Assembly: GCA_036261265.1 (NCBI GenBank)
Contig: DATALC010000096.1
Coordinates: 2,590 to 66,589, forward strand
Direction of reading: 5' to 3'
DNA from: Bacteroidales bacterium
GTDB taxonomy: Bacteria > Bacteroidota > Bacteroidia > Bacteroidales > VadinHA17
Length of the DNA stretch: 64,000 nucleotides
Shown here: in pieces, positions 20,639 to 28,931 of the stretch
Numbering within the stretch: the stretch's first letter is position 1
How the letters are laid out: every line of letters starts with the position of its first letter
Notes under the pieces: model-generated
Seen by the model: the letters and a program-made list of their open reading frames with translations, nothing else
Told to the model about the DNA's origin: nothing
Databases searched by the model: none
Translations under genes and position numbers: made by a program

Positions 20639-20669
20639 CCCCTGGATACTGCGACTCCGGGGGTTTTTT
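20639..20669 (+). terminator. Orphan intrinsic-terminator-like hairpin in the tldD upstream region
   Basis: 8-bp stem cccctgga/tccggggg (one G-U), 9-nt loop, then tttttt. There is no + strand gene upstream of it. Confidence 0.45.
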
Positions 20670-20724
20670 ATTAAGGATATATTTTTTATACTTTTATACT
20701 GTTAACCTATAATCAGATTTATTT

Positions 20725-22251
20725 ATGAGCTTAAAACGCCGTGATTTTATCAGAATCAGCGGTATCACAGCAGCAGGTTCGCTTGTTATCCCTTCATTTC
20801 TTCAATCATGCAAAAGCATCAATCTTTCAGAGGATGCCGGAGTCTATATGAAGCATTTTGAGGTGGATATTGACCTGTTCAATAAGGTGATAGCCGCAGC
20901 AATGGAAAAAGGTGCCGATTATGCGGATCTCTTTTTTGAGCATACTCTCAACAATACAAGCGCACTCGAAGACAACAGGGTGAACAGCGCTTATTCAAAT
21001 ATCGCTTATGGGGTTGGAATCAGAGTGCTGAAAGGCGACCAGACAGGCTATGCTTACTCTGAGAACATTACGGAAGATGCAATGCTTAAGGCTGCCCGCA
21101 CTGCAGCCAACATAGCAAATACCATGTATAAGGGCTCTCCTGTCGATATAAAGGAACTGACGCCTCCAAATTATTATGCGGTGAAGAATTCATGGGAACA
21201 GTTCTCAATTAAGGACAAGATCCCTTTTATGCAGCGTCTTAACGACGACATTTTTGCAGGTGACAAACGTGTTACCAAAGTAAATGTGTATCTGAATGAT
21301 TCTACATCATATATCCTGTTTTACAATTCTGACGGTGTGCTTACAAGGGATTATCGTCCGCTTGTTGCACTGACAGGTATTTGCATAATGGAAGATAAAG
21401 GGAGAACCGAGAATTTTTATGTAAGCCGCTCTTTCAGGATGGGCTCTGAATTCCTGACAAATGAGGTTGTCGATGATATGGTAAAAGAAGCGATTGAAAA
21501 AACTTCGATCCTGTTTACGGCGATCAAACCCAAGGCTGGTGAAATGGAAGTCGTTATGAGCGCCGGTGAATCTGGCATTCTGTTGCATGAAGCTATGGGG
21601 CATGCTTTTGAAGCTGATTTCAACAGGAAGAATCTTTCGATATTCTCAGACAAGATGGGCAAGCAGATAGCAGAGAATTTTGTAACAATCAGGGATGACG
21701 GAACAATGCCGGGTAAGCGCGGTTCAATCAACTTCGACGATGAAGGTAATGCATCTGCAAATACAACTCTTGTTGAGAATGGCGTACTTACAAGCTACCT
21801 GCACGACAGGATAAGCGCAAATTATTACAAATGCAATCCAACAGGAAACGGAAGGCGCCAGAATTTCAGGAATATTCCTATACCACGTATGAGAAGTACA
21901 TATATGGATAACGGCCCGCACAAGAAAGATGAGATTATCGCGAGCGTTAAAAGGGGAGTTTATGTTGACAGCTTCAGCAATGGCGAGGTAAACATAGGTC
22001 AGGGTGATTTTACTTTCTTTGTTAAGCTCGGATATCTTATTGAAGACGGAAAAATTACCAGCCCGATAAAGGATATTAATATAATTGGCAATGGTCCCCA
22101 GGCTCTTGCCGATATCGTGATGGTTGCAGATGATATGGCTATTTCTGACGGGACCTGGACATGCGGAAAGAACGGACAGGGAGCTCCGGTATCGATGGGA
22201 ATACCAACTGTTAAGATAAAGAAACTCACCGTGGGTGGTATTAATGCTTAA
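20725..22251 (+). CDS. tldD: TldD family metalloprotease with twin-arginine signal peptide
   Basis: N-terminal KRRDFIRISGITAAGS is Tat-type, followed by ..LQSC. The HExxxH-type motif reads LHEAMGHAFEADF. 508 aa. Confidence 0.85.
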   Translation: MSLKRRDFIRISGITAAGSLVIPSFLQSCKSINLSEDAGVYMKHFEVDIDLFNKVIAAAMEKGADYADLFFEHTLNNTSALEDNRVNSAYSNIAYGVGIRVLKGDQTGYAYSENITEDAMLKAARTAANIANTMYKGSPVDIKELTPPNYYAVKNSWEQFSIKDKIPFMQRLNDDIFAGDKRVTKVNVYLNDSTSYILFYNSDGVLTRDYRPLVALTGICIMEDKGRTENFYVSRSFRMGSEFLTNEVVDDMVKEAIEKTSILFTAIKPKAGEMEVVMSAGESGILLHEAMGHAFEADFNRKNLSIFSDKMGKQIAENFVTIRDDGTMPGKRGSINFDDEGNASANTTLVENGVLTSYLHDRISANYYKCNPTGNGRRQNFRNIPIPRMRSTYMDNGPHKKDEIIASVKRGVYVDSFSNGEVNIGQGDFTFFVKLGYLIEDGKITSPIKDINIIGNGPQALADIVMVADDMAISDGTWTCGKNGQGAPVSMGIPTVKIKKLTVGGINA

Positions 22252-22269
22252 TCCTGAAAAGAAATAATT

Positions 22270-23583
22270 ATGACAACAAACGAAAAATACGAACTTGCCG
22301 GTCTTGCAATGGATCATGCGCTTAAAGGCGGCGCCCAGCAGGTTTCAGTAAGGATATACGACAGCCGTAGAAACAACATCGAGATACGCGATGAAAATAT
22401 TGACAGCCTGAAAGAATCAAACCAGAGCGGCCTTTCAATTGACCTTTATGTTGACAGAAAATATTCATCTCATTCAACAAACAGGCTGAAAAAGGAAGAT
22501 TTGTTCAGGTTCATTGATGAGGCAATAACAGCAACAAGGTTCCTGGCTGAAGATGAGTTCAGGCAATTGCCCGATCCTGAATTATATTATAAAGGGAACC
22601 TGAACCTTAATGTTTTTGATTCGAAGATGGATGCAGTTGATGCAGCCACAAAGATTGAACTTGCCAGGAAAGCGTTGAATGAAGCTTATAAACAGGATGA
22701 AAGGATAATTTCAGTGAGCTCCAACTACGATGATGGCATTTCAAGCGATGTTATGGTCACAAGCAACGGTTTCAAAGGTGATTCTGCAAATACATGGGTG
22801 TCGCTCTCAGTATCAGTATCCCTTAAAACTGATACCGGCAGACCATCTGATTACTGGTACGAGAATGCAGTATTCATGGATAAGCTCATTACAGGCGGAA
22901 TCGGGAAGAAGGCTCTCGATAAGGCAGTACAAAAAATCAATCCCAAAAAAATAAAATCAGGTAAATACACAGTTTTGATAGAAAACCGTGTTGCTGGTAA
23001 TCTTCTTAGTCCATTATATCAGGCACTTACAGGATCAAGCCTTTACCAGAAACAATCTTTTCTTGCAGGTAAGACAGGTAAACAGATTGCATCCGGTCTT
23101 CTGACAGTATATGATGATCCTCTTATTCCATCCGGGCCGGGGTCAAGACTTTACGACGATGAGGGTCTTGCAGCAGTTAAGAGACCCATAATTGAAAACG
23201 GAGTTCTTAAGAATTACTACATTGATAATTATTACGGCAGGAAGCTGGGTATGAAACCTACCTCCGGAAGTGGCTCGAATATTGTGTTCTCAACAGGATC
23301 GAGGAACTTTGAACAGATGCTGAGCTCAATAAAAGATGGTGTGCTGATAACAGGTTTCATTGGTGGAAACTGCAACGGATCAACGGGAGATTTCTCTTAT
23401 GGAATAGAAGGCTATCTTGTAAAGAATGGCAGTATCATTCATCCTGTTAACGAGATGAACATTACAGGTAACATGAACCAGATCTGGTTTAATCTTACAG
23501 AGCTTGGAAATGATATAAGGGAAAATGAATCATTAAGAATACCTTCTTTGATGCTTAAGGATATTGACCTGAGCGGCATTTAA
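22270..23583 (+). CDS. pmbA: PmbA/TldE family metalloprotease partner (no signal peptide)
   Basis: TldD/PmbA fold with C-terminal GDFSYGIEG.. motif. It starts 18 nt after tldD. Confidence 0.8.
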   Translation: MTTNEKYELAGLAMDHALKGGAQQVSVRIYDSRRNNIEIRDENIDSLKESNQSGLSIDLYVDRKYSSHSTNRLKKEDLFRFIDEAITATRFLAEDEFRQLPDPELYYKGNLNLNVFDSKMDAVDAATKIELARKALNEAYKQDERIISVSSNYDDGISSDVMVTSNGFKGDSANTWVSLSVSVSLKTDTGRPSDYWYENAVFMDKLITGGIGKKALDKAVQKINPKKIKSGKYTVLIENRVAGNLLSPLYQALTGSSLYQKQSFLAGKTGKQIASGLLTVYDDPLIPSGPGSRLYDDEGLAAVKRPIIENGVLKNYYIDNYYGRKLGMKPTSGSGSNIVFSTGSRNFEQMLSSIKDGVLITGFIGGNCNGSTGDFSYGIEGYLVKNGSIIHPVNEMNITGNMNQIWFNLTELGNDIRENESLRIPSLMLKDIDLSGI

Positions 23584-23688
23584 GATTCGTGATAAATATT
23601 GAAATTTCGTTTTGATACGATGATCAGTGAATCAATTCTGATTAACAGGTATTTTTAATGTCGTTCGAGTTTAAAATTTTAATATTCA

Positions 23689-24975
23689 ATGAGAAAACAA
23701 TTAATTATTTTTTTTCTGATACTGTCGCCGTGCATCTATAAAGTATCAGCCCAGGACTGGCCACAGTTCCTGGGACCTAACATGAACAGCACATCAGCCC
23801 AGAAGGGCTTACTCCGAACATGGCCGTCCGGCGGGCCTGAAGTTCTCTGGACGTCGAATGTTGGTCAGGGATATGGTGGTCCTGTAATAAAGGCAGGAAA
23901 AGTGTATCTCTTTGACAGGGATGATAACACAGGTGATATTATGAGGTGCTTTGATTTTAATACAGGGAAGGAGCTGTGGCGCTACAGTTATGCATCCTCT
24001 GGAACAGTTTCATACCCTGGTTCAAGAAGCGTCCCGACGATTGATGGCAACAGGGTTTATTCGTGCGGTCCTTATGGCGATCTGTATTGTATCGACATTA
24101 ACACACATAAGCCATTGTGGAATAAAAACATCATTAAGGATTTTGGCGGAACGAAAATCCCGGTATGGGCAATTTCGCAATGTCCGCTTGTATATGGCGA
24201 TCTGGTTATTGTCTCTTATTCGAAGGATCCGGATGCAGGGCTGGTTGCGTATAACAAACTGTCAGGCAAAATTGTATGGAAGACCGAAGCATACGGGAAT
24301 GAAACTTATGCAAGTCCGACGATAATAAAGATTGCAGGTGAAGATCATCTCGTAATGGTATTTTCATCCACCAATACATATATGCATAAGGATATCCAAG
24401 TATCCAAAGGAAGGATACTGGGCCTTAAACCGCAAACTGGGAAGATCCTCTGGGAATACAATGAATGGGAGAATGTGATCCAGATTGCCCCGGCGCTTGA
24501 TTGCGGTGATGGAAAAATACTGGCTGTAGGAGGGTATGATCTTGGAGCGGCAATGATAAAAGTCGAAAAAAAGGCCGATGGCGGCTATTCAGTTAAAGAA
24601 CTTTTCAAACACAATGACTTCGGAGATCACACAAAGCCGCCAATATTGTACAATGGTTATTTTTACGGACAGTTCTCGACAAACGACAGGCGCGACGGCC
24701 TCTGCTGTATGAGCATGGATGGCAAGGTTATGTGGAAGACTATGCGCAAACCACTCTTCGACAAGGGAAGTATGATTCTTGCTGACGGGCTCATACTTGC
24801 AACTGACGGTAATAAATCATTATATCTTATACAGCCCGACCCGGCAGGTTTCAAGCCTCTTGCTTCTGCTGAGATGCTCGGACCAGGACAAAACTGGGCT
24901 CCTCTGGCTCTGTCAGATGGCAAGCTTCTTGTCAGGGACCAGAGCAGGCTGATGTGTGTTAAGGTAATTAAATAA
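23689..24975 (+). CDS. PQQ-like beta-propeller repeat protein (BamB-like fold), secreted
   Basis: Signal peptide. Repeated W......G......P.v.dG.vy blocks. Confidence 0.7.
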   Translation: MRKQLIIFFLILSPCIYKVSAQDWPQFLGPNMNSTSAQKGLLRTWPSGGPEVLWTSNVGQGYGGPVIKAGKVYLFDRDDNTGDIMRCFDFNTGKELWRYSYASSGTVSYPGSRSVPTIDGNRVYSCGPYGDLYCIDINTHKPLWNKNIIKDFGGTKIPVWAISQCPLVYGDLVIVSYSKDPDAGLVAYNKLSGKIVWKTEAYGNETYASPTIIKIAGEDHLVMVFSSTNTYMHKDIQVSKGRILGLKPQTGKILWEYNEWENVIQIAPALDCGDGKILAVGGYDLGAAMIKVEKKADGGYSVKELFKHNDFGDHTKPPILYNGYFYGQFSTNDRRDGLCCMSMDGKVMWKTMRKPLFDKGSMILADGLILATDGNKSLYLIQPDPAGFKPLASAEMLGPGQNWAPLALSDGKLLVRDQSRLMCVKVIK

Positions 24976-24994
24976 CAAAGTATTAAAAAGATTA

Positions 24995-25033
24995 AGGCAT
25001 GTCCGGCACTAGACGCGACATGCTTCTTTTTTT
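24995..25033 (+). terminator. Intrinsic terminator of the beta-propeller gene
   Basis: Stem gcatgtc/gacatgc (extendable by two pairs), followed by ttcttttttttt. Confidence 0.5.
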
Positions 25034-25040
25034 AACATAA

Positions 25041-25069
25041 AAGCCCTGCAGTAAACTGCAAGGCTTTTT
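25041..25069. terminator. Hairpin downstream of the tRNA (likely tRNA terminator, bidirectional)
   Basis: aagccctgcag / taaa / ctgcaaggctt, 11 bp with one mismatch. T-runs are present on both strands. Confidence 0.5.
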
Positions 25070-25073
25070 GTTG

Positions 25074-25147
25074 TAGCGAGACCGAGAATTGAACTCGGGA
25101 CCTCATGATTATGAATCATGCGCTCTAACCAACTGAGCTATCTCGCC
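25074..25147 (-). tRNA. tRNA with anticodon CAT (elongator Met, or Ile2 if lysidine-modified); CCA not encoded
   Basis: Manual fold of the minus strand: GGCGAGA-TA-GCTC-AGTTGGTTA-GAGC-G-CATGA-TTCATAA-TCATG-AGGTC-CCGAG-TTCAATT-CTCGG-TCTCGCT-A. All four arms pair. Position 1-72 is a G-U pair. It is not an initiator, because it lacks the three G-C pairs in the anticodon stem. Confidence 0.85.
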
Positions 25148-25150
25148 CTA

Positions 25151-25197
25151 TCATGCGCTCTAACCTCCCGATAGCCATCGGAATGAGCTATCTCGCC
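25151..25197 (-). pseudogene. Truncated copy of the tRNA(CAT) 5' half (acceptor 5' strand, D arm with insertion, 5' anticodon stem)
   Basis: Minus strand reads GGCGAGATAGCTCA-[TTCCGATGGCTATCGGGA]-GGTTAGAGCGCATGA. It is identical to the intact gene over 14 + 15 nt and ends exactly at the anticodon-loop boundary. It lies 3 nt upstream of the intact tRNA. Confidence 0.6.
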
Positions 25198-25210
25198 GCT
25201 TTTGCGGCTG

Positions 25211-25218
25211 CAAATATA
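25211..25218 (-). promoter_or_regulatory. -7 box (TAnnTTTG) upstream of the tRNA fragment and tRNA
   Basis: Minus strand reads TATATTTG, 14 nt upstream of the fragment's first base. Confidence 0.35.
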
Positions 25219-25325
25219 AACAGTTCCTGACAAAATAGCAACAACCATATTGATATTGCTCTCTAGTTTCAATTTTTTTTCTATATTGCAGAATGTAACC
25301 GGTTCTGAATAAGAATTTTCCGGAA

Positions 25326-25709
25326 ATGAAAACCAAATATGAACTTGAATATGCACTGAACTGTTCTCCCAAAGTGCTCTTTACAAGGTTGAGCACTGCC
25401 GAGGGACTGAGTGAATGGTTTGCCGACCAGGTAGAGGTCAGGGGAGATGTGTTCGCGTTTCACTGGAACCGTACCCAGCTTAATGCAAAGCTCTCAGCTC
25501 TGAAAGAAAACAAGCTTGTTCGTTTTGAATGGATAGGAAATGGCGGAAAAGACTCAAACTATTTTGAGTTCAGGATCAGCAAAGAAGACCTTACTGGCGG
25601 TCTCGCCCTTATAATAACTGATTTTGCCGAGACAGATGAAAAAGAAGATTCAATCTATCTCTGGGATACCCAGGTTCAGGATCTTAAACGAATTCTGGGC
25701 GTTGAATAA
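25326..25709 (+). CDS. SRPBCC / START-like (Aha1-type) domain protein
   Basis: 127 aa. The pattern L....LS.WFAD.V....D.F.F.W is typical of START-like small proteins. The family call is tentative. Confidence 0.6.
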   Translation: MKTKYELEYALNCSPKVLFTRLSTAEGLSEWFADQVEVRGDVFAFHWNRTQLNAKLSALKENKLVRFEWIGNGGKDSNYFEFRISKEDLTGGLALIITDFAETDEKEDSIYLWDTQVQDLKRILGVE

Positions 25710-25717
25710 CCCTGAGG

Positions 25718-28276
25718 TCATTCTTCAAGCAGGTTCACCTCTGTTATCTCTCCCGTTTTATTACTGATTCTTAATGTCTTGAATTCATCCGGACGGAATT
25801 CAAGATCGACTTTTTTCTTCATAAAGCCCAGTTCAAGAGATGTTTCAACCGCAGCGCCTGACATTTCAACGCATCTGATAATAAGATCCTTCCCGATCTC
25901 TGATTGTTTTACTGCAGAAACTATAATTGCAGGTGAATCAACTGAAATGAACGAATCTGACTTTTTCATTGTTCCACCATGAATGCCCTGGTAAATTGAC
26001 AATGCTGGAGAGAGAAATTCTTCTGCTATCCTGGGAATGTTGCGCTCCTTCCATGATCCCTTATGAGGTACAAGCAGAAGCCTGAACTTCTGAATTCCCT
26101 GGTCCATCCAGAGATGCTCTGCCTGGTTGTCGAGTACTCTCGGATTATGATGAGCATATACAGCCGACCGTACAACTGAAATCCTCATATCATTACCATG
26201 AACGCTGTAACCATATTTAGCATTATTCAGGACAGTTAATCCGTAGTTCATGTTTTCACGAGCTCCGGTTAAGTCGATCCACCGTTGACCCGGATCCTCG
26301 TCCCCGTTGGTTGCGCGTTCTATGAAGCCATAAGGTGTTTCATAAGTTGTAACGGGTGATTGAACATCAACAGGAAACGATAGTTTGAGCATCTTAAGAT
26401 GTTCCTTCCAGTCGAGCTGTACTTCGGCTTCAACCTGATCTGAACCGGCGCATAACGACCAGTCGATTGTAAGAGTTGAATCCCCGTATTTAGAAATTGA
26501 TCTCAGGCTGCTCCTGAGAGGCCCGCTTTCGAGAATTTTAATCGCATTGTTCCTGAATGAGCCAATGACTTTTGAAAAAGATTTTATATCATGGCTCCAT
26601 GTATCGCTTGGATCGTCGATTACAAGTGCAAGGCACCCGCCCTCCTTACCGCTGAAAATGTTCTTGCCTGAGGATTTGTCAAATAATTGTATTCCGCCCG
26701 GAGTGATCTCAAGTTTCAACAAACCATTTTCAAGTGAACCGGTTGTTACCTTAACAGGATTCATGACAGGTTCGCTGTCTCCCTCGAGAAGTCTTACCTG
26801 GCGATATCCGAATGCCGGAATTGTAGTTTTTACAAGGAGCTTCTTACGGCTTCCCGTTTCGGTTGAAGCGGCAGTCCACTGGTGATGCAATGACTTTCCG
26901 GCTTCATCTTCAACTCTTGAGTTCTTATTGTTTGTTCCCCAGTTGAAATCATAAGCAATAATGCTTGTAATTTCCCATGCATGCGGATTAAAAACAAGCA
27001 GGTATTGTGATGCGGGATCTTCAGCCGGGACTTGCCATTCGAGTGTTTGAAGAGATGTGTAAGCAACCTTGTTTGCTAAATTAAGTGCGTACCCAAAACC
27101 TTCCGAAGCTGTTTGCGAATGTTCATAAAGGGAGGAACCGGCAAGGCTGTCGTGAAACTGCAGGAGCAGCACCTGCTTCCATGCTGATGTGATCTCTTCA
27201 GCAGGGTAGTTGGCACCCCATATCCTTGAACCGGCTGCGGCAATCTTTTCTGCGACACAAAGTGCAGCTTCGGCTTTCCGGTTGCTTTTTTTAATGGCTG
27301 ACTCGGCAGTATAACATCCAGGTGCGTGATGTTGAAGATCATCCTTCACAACAGGCAGATCAAGGGTGCGGTCATTTCTTATTTCTTCAAAATATTTCTC
27401 AGGTGTGCTGAAATAAACAACAGGAGCTCCCTGCTCAGATCTGATCTCATTGATTGAACGTAAGTTTTCAATTGTTGCGCCACCGCCATGGTCACCTGCT
27501 CCATAAAAGGCCATGAAAGTTTTAATTGGTTGTCCCTGCGACTGAGACATGATCTTTTCAAGGCGGGTCCTTACAGAAGCGCTGTCGTTATAGCTTATCT
27601 GGATCCTGTAAGTAAGTACCCTTGACCCATCTGGGCCTTCCCACCAGAACAGATCGGAAGGAATTTCTTTTTCATTCTGACCAGGGCGCATGAAAACATA
27701 ATTCCTCATTCCCTGGAGTGTAATGATCTGTGGCAGCGTTCCCGTATGACCGAATGAATCAGGGTTGAAAGCAACAGTAGCTTTACGTCCGAGAAGTCTC
27801 TGAAGGGTGAGCTGTCCGTAAAGACCCTGTCTCACCATAGCTTCGCCTGAAGGCATATTTACATCGGGCTCTACCCACCATCCTCCGACAACATTCCATT
27901 TTCCTTCTTCAACTCTTTTCCGGATCTCTGCAAGCATTACAGGGTCATTATCAGCAATCCACTGGTAAAACTGAGCAGAGCTGCTGACAAAACATGCTTC
28001 AGGTGTCTCCTTCAGCCTGTCGAGATTGGATCTGAATGTGCTGTGGACAACTGACAAACCTTCTGTCCATGGCCAGAGCCATACAGGATCAATATGCGCA
28101 TGACCGATCATGTGAAATCTGAACTGCGTAGCATCCTCAGGCCATACACCTGACTGAGCCGGTCCGAATCCATGTGCAGGCATTGTTATAAATGCTGCTG
28201 ATCCTGCGGCGGTCAGGTTTATAAATTTTCTTCTCGACATTCTTCCTGACTTTCCTGATTTCCTGTTACGATTCAT
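25718..28276 (-). CDS. GH38 alpha-mannosidase with twin-arginine signal
   Basis: SRRKFINLTAAGSAAF is a Tat signal. HMIGHAHIDPVWLWPW and the ..GGWWVEPD.N motifs indicate GH38. Confidence 0.88.
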   Translation of the reverse strand: MNRNRKSGKSGRMSRRKFINLTAAGSAAFITMPAHGFGPAQSGVWPEDATQFRFHMIGHAHIDPVWLWPWTEGLSVVHSTFRSNLDRLKETPEACFVSSSAQFYQWIADNDPVMLAEIRKRVEEGKWNVVGGWWVEPDVNMPSGEAMVRQGLYGQLTLQRLLGRKATVAFNPDSFGHTGTLPQIITLQGMRNYVFMRPGQNEKEIPSDLFWWEGPDGSRVLTYRIQISYNDSASVRTRLEKIMSQSQGQPIKTFMAFYGAGDHGGGATIENLRSINEIRSEQGAPVVYFSTPEKYFEEIRNDRTLDLPVVKDDLQHHAPGCYTAESAIKKSNRKAEAALCVAEKIAAAGSRIWGANYPAEEITSAWKQVLLLQFHDSLAGSSLYEHSQTASEGFGYALNLANKVAYTSLQTLEWQVPAEDPASQYLLVFNPHAWEITSIIAYDFNWGTNNKNSRVEDEAGKSLHHQWTAASTETGSRKKLLVKTTIPAFGYRQVRLLEGDSEPVMNPVKVTTGSLENGLLKLEITPGGIQLFDKSSGKNIFSGKEGGCLALVIDDPSDTWSHDIKSFSKVIGSFRNNAIKILESGPLRSSLRSISKYGDSTLTIDWSLCAGSDQVEAEVQLDWKEHLKMLKLSFPVDVQSPVTTYETPYGFIERATNGDEDPGQRWIDLTGARENMNYGLTVLNNAKYGYSVHGNDMRISVVRSAVYAHHNPRVLDNQAEHLWMDQGIQKFRLLLVPHKGSWKERNIPRIAEEFLSPALSIYQGIHGGTMKKSDSFISVDSPAIIVSAVKQSEIGKDLIIRCVEMSGAAVETSLELGFMKKKVDLEFRPDEFKTLRISNKTGEITEVNLLEE

Positions 28277-28289
28277 CCTGTTAATTTTT

Positions 28290-28928
28290 TTAGCTGAAGA
28301 AATAGTTTTCGATTATCCGGCATATTGAATGATACATAGGCAGATGAAGCTCCTGGATATTGGCTGTCCGCGTTGCGGGAACATTCAGAAGAATGTCGCA
28401 TAAAGACTTCATCCTTCCACCTGTTTCGCCTGTCATCCCGATTACAGTCATCTCTTTTGCAAGAGCTGTTATAACAGCATCAACTATGTTTTTTGAATTG
28501 CCTGAAGTGCTTATTGCAAGAAGTACATCTCCCTTTCTTCCATAAGATGCCACCTGCTGTGCAAAAATAAGGTCAGGGTCAATGTCATTAGCCACTGCCG
28601 TAATCAATGCTGTATGAGCGCTGAGAGAAATGACAGGAAAGCCCTGCTGAAGTTTTCCGGCGATATATTGTCCCCGCTCATTGTCTTTCGCAACAAGTTT
28701 TCTTTTGAACTCATCATCAACAGGTCTTTTATGCTCGAATCCTTTCATCAGTTCCCCTGTTATATGGTCGGAATCTGCACAGCTTCCGCCGTTTCCGCAA
28801 ATAAGCAACTTGCCTCCGGCGTTAAAACATTTAATCAGACAATCTGCAGCCCTTGCAATTTCTGTTTCAATTACAGATAACTCAGGGTGTTTTTGAAGAA
28901 GAATCGGGGGTACTGAAATTATTTTCAT
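28290..28928 (-). CDS. SIS domain protein (GmhA-like sugar-phosphate isomerase)
   Basis: LICGNGGSCADSDHITGEL and ISTSGNSKN motifs. Confidence 0.8.
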   Translation of the reverse strand: MKIISVPPILLQKHPELSVIETEIARAADCLIKCFNAGGKLLICGNGGSCADSDHITGELMKGFEHKRPVDDEFKRKLVAKDNERGQYIAGKLQQGFPVISLSAHTALITAVANDIDPDLIFAQQVASYGRKGDVLLAISTSGNSKNIVDAVITALAKEMTVIGMTGETGGRMKSLCDILLNVPATRTANIQELHLPMYHSICRIIENYFFS

Positions 28929-28931
28929 ATA

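Noticed and set aside
24976-25325. Integrated mobile element or genomic island at the tRNA(CAT) gene
   Set aside because: The duplicated segment is the tRNA 5' half, not the 3' end usually duplicated by integrases. It lies only 3 nt from the gene. No integrase, excisionase, transposase or phage gene exists anywhere in the window.
25138-25463. Three small minus-strand ORFs (60-78 aa) overlapping the tRNA region
   Set aside because: They run through the tRNA gene, its fragment and the promoter region. They have no motifs and are mutually overlapping frames.
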